From: Burkholderiales bacterium
GTDB lineage: Bacteria; Pseudomonadota; Gammaproteobacteria; Burkholderiales; Eutrophovitaceae
DNA length: 64,000 nt
Assembly (NCBI GenBank): GCA_030834275.1
Contig: JAURFP010000003.1
Coordinates: 1,390 to 65,389, forward strand
Direction: 5' to 3'
Made by a program: the position numbers and the translations under genes. Below the pieces are notes generated by a model, which saw nothing but the letters and a program-made list of their open reading frames with translations, had not been told where the DNA came from and made no database searches. Shown in pieces: positions 57,621 through 64,000 of this stretch (positions are counted from its first letter, which is position 1; the number at the start of each line of letters is the position of its first letter).

Positions 57621-58070
57621 TCATTGGTTTGGTTTACAGCCAATTTCCCACTCGATGCTGGTTTCAGGAGGTTCCTTACAACGGAGCTCACCTAAAATAA
57701 AATCTGTAATTACGTAAAGATTGTCGTCGGTAAAATCGCCCTCGAAAGCAGGCATGCCGAGCTGGGTTCTACCGTATTTGATAGTTGCAAACAAGGCTTC
57801 TCTGGGGAGCATCGTTTTTCGTAAATTTTTTCCCCAACCTCCTTCACTGTGTCCTCCCTGTCCCATGTATTTATGGCAGAGGATGCAATATCGATCAAAA
57901 AGTTGACGGCCACCAGGTCCCATTTTTTTTATTTTTGGTCTGCCACCAGTTGCCGCTAAGGCGTCGCTAGAAAGGTCAACTGCAATATCAGCGGTTATTG
58001 AAATTGCTAACGCGCAAACGATAGTGGCGATTTTTCCGAAGATTCGGGTAACAAAATTCTTCTTTAACAT
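57621..58070 (-). CDS. membrane-anchored/periplasmic class I c-type cytochrome
   Basis: 149 aa with an N-terminal hydrophobic anchor, the single heme motif CILCH and a distal Met candidate in LGMPAF. It lies immediately downstream of the PQQ dehydrogenase gene. Confidence 0.8.
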   Translation of the reverse strand: MLKKNFVTRIFGKIATIVCALAISITADIAVDLSSDALAATGGRPKIKKMGPGGRQLFDRYCILCHKYMGQGGHSEGGWGKNLRKTMLPREALFATIKYGRTQLGMPAFEGDFTDDNLYVITDFILGELRCKEPPETSIEWEIGCKPNQ

Positions 58071-58111
58071 TATTCAACTACTCGCAGTCTAAATTTTAAT
58101 CAACGATACAA

Positions 58112-58150
58112 GCAAAAAATAAAAACTTACGGGACCGAAGTCCCGTAAGT
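58112..58150 (-). terminator. hairpin/attenuator between the PQQ dehydrogenase and cytochrome c genes
   Basis: An 11-bp stem ACTTACGGGAC / GTCCCGTAAGT. The minus-strand loop is UUCG, followed by TTTTTATTTTTT. Confidence 0.65.
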
Positions 58151-58198
58151 TTGTACAACATATCAGTCTCTATCTCCTGGAAGAGATATTAACTCACA

Positions 58199-60010
58199 TT
58201 AAGGCAGTTCGAAGACGTATAAAACGTTACTTGGAACTTGAGACTTAAGTTCTGGTGTTGCACTTACAAACCACTGCGGCCATGCACCACCAAGACCAAC
58301 CTCAATTGCAACGTACTGCTTGCCATCTGACTCGAAAGTCATTGGAGGAGCATTGATTGCAGAACCGGTTTCAAATCTCCAGAGCTCTTCAAGTGTAGTT
58401 GCGTCGTGAGCTACAACTGCTCCCTCTGCATAACCTGAGAACACGAGTCCACCAGCAGTTGAAAGTAGTCCACCTAACTGTGGGTACTTGGTTGAGTGCT
58501 TTGCTACAACCTTACCAGTTTGAACGTCGATTGCGGTAATACTTCCCCAGATACGTCCACAGTCTGGATCTTCAAATGTGGAGTAAGGAGCGCCGCCGAG
58601 GAACAACTGACGTGGCTTGTGAGCACCAGGAACAGTTACTTCATTGAACGCTTTGTTACATCCGTCGATTGTTGGGATGTAGTAAAGATTCGTAGCTGGG
58701 CTGTATGAAGTTGGTGGCCAGTTCTTTCCACCCATGTGACCTGGCTTCAATGTGCCTTCGATCGTTCCGCGACCTTCAGTAGCGGTTCCACGCAATGCTG
58801 CGGTTCCAGGAACATAGGTCTGAACGTCTACACTTGGATCATAAGTCTTTGGCTTACAGTTTTCATCCAATCCGCCACTCCAGTTCAATTCTTCAACGAA
58901 CTGGGTTGCCCACAAACACTTACCATTTGTACGGTCAAGTGCGTAAGCATATCCGTTACGGTTTGCGTGAAGCACTGCACGCACAAATTTTCCATTGATG
59001 TTGGTGTCAACGAAAGTGTTTTCGTTGATCGAATCAAAGTCATATGGATCGTTAGGTGTGTGCTGGAAGCCCCATACGATTTCACCAGTGTCAGCATTTA
59101 CAGCAATCTGACTGTCAGTCCAGAGGTTGTCACCTGGACGGTACGCTGAATCCCAGTCTGGACCAGGGTTCGCGGTACCCCAAACGATGATGTTTAGCTC
59201 TGGGTCATATGAGCCGGTAACCCAAGTGGTACCACCACCGGTTTTCCAAGCGCCGTAGTTATCTTTCCACGTCTCGTGGCCAGGCTCACCTGGTCCAGGA
59301 ATCGTGTAGGTACGCCAGAGTTGCTCACCAGTTTTAAGGTCCATTGCCTCGAGGTAACCTCGAACGCCGAACTCAGCACCAGCCATACCGGTAACCACTT
59401 TGTTACCAGCGATTAGAGGTGCGCCAGTGATCGTCTCACCGTTACCTGGATCTGCAACTTGAGCTTCCCACACGAGAGTACCGTCAGTTTTGTTGAGAGC
59501 AAGGATCCTGCCATCAATGACTGGAGAGATAACCATATTATCGGCTAAAACTGCACCACGGTTGTTAATACCGCAACATGCAACGGTAATTGCATAGTCT
59601 CGGTCTGGAGCAGGGTCGTACTGCCATACGATTCTTGGTACACCGCCACGGGTGTCAAGCTTAGTTACTACACCCCATCCAGTGGTCAAGTAAAGGAAAC
59701 CGTCTTCAGCAGTCGGCGTACCCTCAAGACCAGCAAATGGGAACGCGATAACTTCTTTACCACCGCCCTGGGTGCCACCCATTGCAAAAGTAAAAGCGAC
59801 CTTGAGGTCTTTAACGTTATCTGTGTTGATTTGAGAAAGTCCGGAAAAACGGTGTGCCTCCAAGTTACCATGGTGGTTCAACCAGTTTCCAGGCTCCTTC
59901 TCGCTGTTTACAAGGCGATCGGTGGTCACATTACCAGCAATAGCTGACGCAGCAAGTCCAAAACCGGCAAGGACTAGACCAAGACGCCCGAGTGTTGATT
60001 TAACTTTCAT
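58199..60010 (-). CDS. PQQ-dependent methanol/ethanol-family dehydrogenase, XoxF/ExaF-like (lanthanide-type D-x-D motif)
   Basis: ATG 60010 is preceded by GGAGGAG and a signal peptide follows. It has the vicinal Cys-Cys (VACCGINNRG, 59573-59578), the propeller W-motifs, and HTPNDPYDFDSINE (D-F-D at 59033-59041), which aligns by eye to WDYDGVNE of XoxF. Confidence 0.9.
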   Translation of the reverse strand: MKVKSTLGRLGLVLAGFGLAASAIAGNVTTDRLVNSEKEPGNWLNHHGNLEAHRFSGLSQINTDNVKDLKVAFTFAMGGTQGGGKEVIAFPFAGLEGTPTAEDGFLYLTTGWGVVTKLDTRGGVPRIVWQYDPAPDRDYAITVACCGINNRGAVLADNMVISPVIDGRILALNKTDGTLVWEAQVADPGNGETITGAPLIAGNKVVTGMAGAEFGVRGYLEAMDLKTGEQLWRTYTIPGPGEPGHETWKDNYGAWKTGGGTTWVTGSYDPELNIIVWGTANPGPDWDSAYRPGDNLWTDSQIAVNADTGEIVWGFQHTPNDPYDFDSINENTFVDTNINGKFVRAVLHANRNGYAYALDRTNGKCLWATQFVEELNWSGGLDENCKPKTYDPSVDVQTYVPGTAALRGTATEGRGTIEGTLKPGHMGGKNWPPTSYSPATNLYYIPTIDGCNKAFNEVTVPGAHKPRQLFLGGAPYSTFEDPDCGRIWGSITAIDVQTGKVVAKHSTKYPQLGGLLSTAGGLVFSGYAEGAVVAHDATTLEELWRFETGSAINAPPMTFESDGKQYVAIEVGLGGAWPQWFVSATPELKSQVPSNVLYVFELP

Positions 60011-60129
60011 TAAAGTCTCCTCCCGAAGGAATAAAGCGATTAAAAACAAGAGCGAAACGTTATTTGAATTCAGAATTCTATATTTGCCCTTAGTTTCATT
60101 CTATACAACTAGCAACCATGGTCAATAGA

Positions 60130-60156
60130 AAAACAGTGCACATTTGCACTTTTTTC
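60130..60156. terminator. possible bidirectional hairpin terminator in the 280-bp intergenic region
   Basis: AGTGCA-CATT-TGCACT (60135-60150) has a T-run on the plus strand and GTTTTT on the minus strand. The stem is short at 6 bp. Confidence 0.4.
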
Positions 60157-60329
60157 GTAGAAAAGGCTACGTATTTTCATGAGCCGAAATGAGAATCGTT
60201 TTTATTTGGATTGGTAGCGAAACCAAGAATCTGGTAACACCATGAAATAAATACTTATTTATGTATAAACCAGATATTTCTTTGAATTTTGCACCTAGTT
60301 GGTGCGTTCTTTTTCAGGGATCAATATCT

Positions 60330-61700
60330 CTAGAAAAAATACCGAATTTCTGAGAAAAATGCTTTGTTTTTTCGTCTGGCCCCGAGAACGGTGTCTGATG
60401 CTCCGCCGTAAAATTCGTACCCAGCTGTTGCCTTTAGGCTATCGCTAATAGCGTAGGTTAGCTTCGGTCGAACTGAATATCCGTGCCCAGTGAATAGCAT
60501 CGATCCGGCAAGCTCTCCCTCAAGGGTTTCGTTCATCCATTTTTTACCCACACGTCCACTCAGTCCGAACGAGTCTTGTTCAAGCTGACCGTTTCCCGTG
60601 GCGGATAGTGAATATACGAATCTCTCTGTGCTGTCCGATATATTCCTTGGGTCTTGGTAATTCATTACGTGATTATGGAATCCCTGCACGATTGCGGAGA
60701 GGTTATTTCCGAAGTCATGTTCAATTCCTACAACCGTAAATAAAAACGGGTTCTTGACAAGATAATTCGTGCCCGCGTTATCCTCCGTGCGGGTATAGGC
60801 CATCTCTATTGCGTAACGATTCGAGCCAACGATGGTCGCGAGGTCTGCTCCAAACGTCTCGACCTTATTGTAATTTTGGTTAACCAATACGGTCCCGCCT
60901 GAACTCCCGGTGATTGCTAAGTCGTAACCGAGATCTCTGCCGCTCATATAGGAAACAGACCAATCGATATCTCCCCCTGATTGATCAAATTTGATCGCGT
61001 ACTGGCTGTCGTTTGTTTTTGTTTTTGAGAAACTAAAGTCTGCAAGCTTGATATCAGCGGTAGTGTGATGTTCAAACTCGGGAATCCAGGCAACGGTTAA
61101 GCTCGAATACATACCAAAGACTTTACTCAACTTGATCGCGTTGACTCCAAAACGGTCTTCGTCAATCTCTGGCGATAAGAGCGTGAAATCCCTCGGGGTT
61201 AAATTATCGGTAGGATTTAATCGATCCGTGCGTCCCCAGGCTATGATTTGCTTGCCAGCCCTAATATCCCAATCGCCTTTTCGCAAGTGAGCGTAGCCCT
61301 CCTTAATACGACTGATGTCGTAATCCGAATCAAGGAATCCTTGATGCTCGGCATAACCCTCAACGAACGCCGACAGCCCTCCAGAAAAACGTTGATCGTA
61401 TTTGAGCCACAGTGATCCAACACCAATACTATTGTTGTTGTCACTCAACCGATTTGAACTCCAAAAACCAGATCGCAAGGATCCTGTCAAGCCCAACTCG
61501 TTCAAGTTACTGTGCCACTTATTATTGATCTCCTCTCCATCAGCCGGAAAGTCCTCAGGGAAGAGTGAAGGTTCATCACTGGATTCAGGCGGGATATCGG
61601 CGTTTTGCGCCCAACTAGATGCAACAAAAAAAGCCGAAAGAAAAAAAGCGGCCCCATTAAGAAGGAGCCGCTTAAAATAAGCGCTAGAGTTTGTGGGCAT
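60330..61700 (-). CDS. outer-membrane beta-barrel protein (DUF1302/alginate-export-like features)
   Basis: 456 aa with a signal peptide (…FFVASSWAQ), the block IRAGKQIIAWGRTDRLNPTDNLTPRD and C-terminal ...SEIRYFF, an OMP-type aromatic terminus. Confidence 0.6.
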   Translation of the reverse strand: MPTNSSAYFKRLLLNGAAFFLSAFFVASSWAQNADIPPESSDEPSLFPEDFPADGEEINNKWHSNLNELGLTGSLRSGFWSSNRLSDNNNSIGVGSLWLKYDQRFSGGLSAFVEGYAEHQGFLDSDYDISRIKEGYAHLRKGDWDIRAGKQIIAWGRTDRLNPTDNLTPRDFTLLSPEIDEDRFGVNAIKLSKVFGMYSSLTVAWIPEFEHHTTADIKLADFSFSKTKTNDSQYAIKFDQSGGDIDWSVSYMSGRDLGYDLAITGSSGGTVLVNQNYNKVETFGADLATIVGSNRYAIEMAYTRTEDNAGTNYLVKNPFLFTVVGIEHDFGNNLSAIVQGFHNHVMNYQDPRNISDSTERFVYSLSATGNGQLEQDSFGLSGRVGKKWMNETLEGELAGSMLFTGHGYSVRPKLTYAISDSLKATAGYEFYGGASDTVLGARRKNKAFFSEIRYFF

Positions 61701-62515
61701 TACTGACTTTCCATATACCTCGTAGTGAAGTAGCTGTCCTTCACGCCGACATTTACTTTTAGTTCATCGACTTTGATCACAGTCGAGTGGCCAGTTTGAA
61801 CGTTTCGTGCGCGGAACTCTCTTGCGTACCACTTATTCTTTTCTGGCTCAACGAGCTCCAAATTCAGAAACTGCATTTCCTTGTAAAGGCTGCCTGCCTC
61901 GTCATACATCATTGCTTTTCTCGCAACAAATGTGTCTTTCTGAATCCAGCTTACCCGCTTCGAGTAACCCGTATTTTTGGCGATAGTTTTATTGATCGGG
62001 GTCGATTCAATCACGTAGCACATGAAACCATCGACGTCCTCTTCCTTCAAGATCGTGTGGTTCCATTCCTTCACCTTGTGGCCGATAACATCTCCATAAG
62101 AGAAATCCGTTCCAACAAAGCTATCTTTCTTGTTACTCGAGACCAAGCGCCGAACTTTCTTTAAGCTAGGAAGATAGAGCCAAATATCGTCTTCGTCCTT
62201 CGAGTGCTCGATCAAGAGGGATACCATTCCTTTAACGTCGGTTGGTTCGAGGAATCGGGTCATTCTCATGTTATCGAACGTACCTTTTTGAAGCTTAGTC
62301 GTACCAAAGGTTTTTCTGACTCGCTCTTTACCCGCTTTGTTCGTCAGAATCATAGTGGTTTGCGATGTTGAGTCCGTAACTTTATTGACAATAAAGTTTT
62401 TCTCCATGATCTCCTCGGGGGTGATCGCAAAACCGAGTTGAGCAGATGAGAAAATGATCACCAAGCCCGCGGTGAGGCACGTTTTTATACTGATTTGCTT
62501 CATTGAATATTTCAC
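61700..62515 (-). CDS. LolA-like outer-membrane lipoprotein-sorting family protein
   Basis: 271 aa with a signal peptide. Size and pattern (MILTNKAGKERVRK..., WLYLPSLKKVRRL, DFSYGD) are typical of the LolA_like family found next to HAE3 RND genes. The stop overlaps the next gene's start. Confidence 0.65.
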   Translation of the reverse strand: MKYSMKQISIKTCLTAGLVIIFSSAQLGFAITPEEIMEKNFIVNKVTDSTSQTTMILTNKAGKERVRKTFGTTKLQKGTFDNMRMTRFLEPTDVKGMVSLLIEHSKDEDDIWLYLPSLKKVRRLVSSNKKDSFVGTDFSYGDVIGHKVKEWNHTILKEEDVDGFMCYVIESTPINKTIAKNTGYSKRVSWIQKDTFVARKAMMYDEAGSLYKEMQFLNLELVEPEKNKWYAREFRARNVQTGHSTVIKVDELKVNVGVKDSYFTTRYMESQ

Positions 62516-64000
62516 TTTTTATCTCCACCGAAAATAAATTTTGGTTTAAATTTCAGGACAAGCGCAGGCATCACAGTAAGCGCCGCGGTCACACTCACGA
62601 TCATAGCGGTTCCGATTAGGAGCGCAGTCCAAGTATGCGGGTAATAGCCTCGAGAGAATGCTTGAACAGCATAACCGCCAGCAACAGCAGACGCGACAAA
62701 TAAACACGCCTTTCCGGCAGTCCTCAGCACCTTCCTGAATATTTCATCTACGTTGCCCCCCATGCTGAATTCTTCTCTCAATCTAAACAACATATAAATT
62801 GCATAGTCCGCTCCGATGCCGATTGCTAGTGCGGATACCAAAGCAGTAGGTATATTTAAATTGATTCCAAGAAGTCCCATGAGGCCCATATTTGTCATGA
62901 CAGAGAGCAGTAGGGGAGTGACCACCAAGAGGCCTGCTATTGGGGTTCGGAAAACTAAGGATGCAATCAGGAATACCACTGCCGCGATCTGCACAATATT
63001 CAAGATTTTATCTTTTACGATCACCTCAACTAGCGCTGCACTCTGGGCAACACTGCCACCAACATTCACCTTTACATTTGGAGGGAATCTCTCTGCTACA
63101 AATCCTTGGATATTTTTCCAAAGCTCGAGCATATCGGAAGTATTATCGCTGTGCGTAAAGATCACCATGTTTGCAAGCCGATAGTCGTAATCAACGTATG
63201 GATCGAAGTCACCGGGCTCTCCAGACATCGAGTAGATCAGCAGGTACTCTGCGATTGTGTTCCGATTGTCGGGGATCCTGTAGTAGGCCGGGTCATCTGC
63301 ATTCATCGACTGGTTCATTCGTTTGATGAATTCCGCCATCGACATCACTTTTCCGACGTGTGGCTGCGTCTGAACAAACGTCGCCAAATCATCCATCGCT
63401 TTTAGTACCTCTGGGTCCTTAATGGCGTCTTGTTCTTCGCCTTCGATCATCAGATAGATGTTGTTGGTGCCAGCCATACGCTGATTTAGCGCACGGTCAT
63501 CCTTTAATACTTGTAGCTCTGGAGAGAAGTAGTGCTTCAACGAACTCTCAATTTTTAGTTTTGAAATACCAAAAACAGATATAACGATCAGCACTGCTGT
63601 GATCCAAAAGATTTTGTTTCTGTTTTGACCAAGCATCGTATTCGCATAAAAACCGGTGATACGATCCCAGAAGCGTTCTTCTTTTTCCATATTGGTTTCG
63701 CGCTGGCTTGGCGGAGGCAGAATTGCCCGAAGCGCTGGAATGAACGTCATTTCAACAGCCAAAATACTCAGAATTCCAATACCTGAGAATACCCCGAAAA
63801 CCCTGATGGAGACGATCTCAAAAACGACCAGCGAGAAAAATCCACACGATGCAACGATACCCGCAGTCAACATCACGGGGCCGATTTTGACGATCGAGTC
63901 GATAACGGCCTGTTTATTCGCATCGATCCCGCCTTTATCTGCAACTATCTTTGCGGGAGCCACGACATACATGATCAATCGGATGGTCGCCCAAATCAAA
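62512..64000 (-). CDS. RND superfamily (HAE3/MMPL-type) transporter, C-terminal about 495 aa; the 5' end lies beyond the window
   Basis: The frame is open to the window edge. A TM bundle, a periplasmic domain and a second TM bundle are arranged as in MMPL/HAE3 exporters. A 4-nt overlap (ATGA) links it to the downstream LolA-like gene. Confidence 0.85.
   Translation of the reverse strand, partial: LIWATIRLIMYVVAPAKIVADKGGIDANKQAVIDSIVKIGPVMLTAGIVASCGFFSLVVFEIVSIRVFGVFSGIGILSILAVEMTFIPALRAILPPPSQRETNMEKEERFWDRITGFYANTMLGQNRNKIFWITAVLIVISVFGISKLKIESSLKHYFSPELQVLKDDRALNQRMAGTNNIYLMIEGEEQDAIKDPEVLKAMDDLATFVQTQPHVGKVMSMAEFIKRMNQSMNADDPAYYRIPDNRNTIAEYLLIYSMSGEPGDFDPYVDYDYRLANMVIFTHSDNTSDMLELWKNIQGFVAERFPPNVKVNVGGSVAQSAALVEVIVKDKILNIVQIAAVVFLIASLVFRTPIAGLLVVTPLLLSVMTNMGLMGLLGINLNIPTALVSALAIGIGADYAIYMLFRLREEFSMGGNVDEIFRKVLRTAGKACLFVASAVAGGYAVQAFSRGYYPHTWTALLIGTAMIVSVTAALTVMPALVLKFKPKFIFGGDKK

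Noticed and set aside
58736-59149. 137-aa plus-strand ORF (and several 60-70-aa ORFs) inside the PQQ dehydrogenase gene
   Set aside because: It is antisense to a gene with unambiguous family motifs, so it is judged a chance open frame.
60066-60078. GAATTCAGAATTC tandem or palindromic element upstream of the PQQ dehydrogenase
   Set aside because: It consists of two adjacent EcoRI-like hexamers only, too short and simple to call a regulatory site without comparative data.
60130-60156. Sigma-54 promoter (TGGCAC-N5-TTGC) reading of GTGCACATTTGCAC
   Set aside because: The GG/GC spacing does not fit the -24/-12 consensus, and the orientation does not serve either flanking gene. It is better explained as a short hairpin.
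1-64000. Search by eye for tRNA, rRNA, CRISPR arrays, IS elements, integrases, toxin-antitoxin pairs and known defence genes
   Set aside because: None were found. All non-coding gaps are 280 bp or shorter and contain only promoters or hairpins. No repeated spacer-repeat pattern, inverted terminal repeats or recombinase-like ORFs were seen. A computational scan (tRNAscan, Infernal, DefenseFinder) would be needed to be definitive.

Overview
This 64-kb window is almost gap-free coding sequence from a proteobacterial chromosome with beta/gamma-like gene order and moderate-to-low GC by eye. I found no rRNA, tRNA, CRISPR, transposase, integrase, phage or recognisable defence genes, and no recognisable transcription factor among about 60 proteins. 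Layout follows. (1) 1-7.3 kb holds the distal nuo operon (nuoH fragment, nuoIJKLMN) with a NUDIX gene overlapping the nuoN stop. (2) 7.3-19.8 kb holds htpG behind a textbook sigma-32 promoter, then housekeeping and lipid genes: a PgsA-like gene, a crotonase, acpH, SulP, an orphan 338-aa ORF, an SDR, srkA, phaZ, a cupin and qor. (3) 19.9-22.6 kb holds an SDR, a 2-hydroxyacid dehydrogenase and an HpcH aldolase. (4) 22.6-32.0 kb holds a nine-gene sulfur-assimilation and siroheme cluster (tauE-cysI-DUF934-cysH-cysD-cysN-cobA-fpr-cbiX), followed by a coiled-coil (DcaP-like) porin. (5) 32.0-50.4 kb looks like an accessory catabolic region. It contains a sugar-type ABC importer with an unrecognisable 655-aa protein, an MhpD-like hydratase, a periplasmic cyclase-family protein, two PhyH dioxygenases, a DLH-NTF2 fusion, and a Dpp-type importer whose second ATPase is fused in frame to an SDR. 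(6) 50.4-60.0 kb holds a mini HupE-like peptide, a YVTN propeller lipoprotein, an SDR, a methyltransferase, ygiQ, rluE, two secreted unknowns, a cytochrome c, and a PQQ dehydrogenase with the lanthanide-type D-x-D signature. (7) 60.3-64.0 kb holds an OMP, a LolA-like protein and an HAE3 RND transporter in one operon, truncated at the window edge. I do not see a single clear-cut novel system. The best leads are the ABC-ATPase::SDR fusion, the 655-aa unknown, the cysJ-less sulfite reductase module with DUF934 and fpr, and the lanthanide-type PQQ dehydrogenase neighbourhood. All family assignments rest on motif and sequence recognition by eye; no database search was run.
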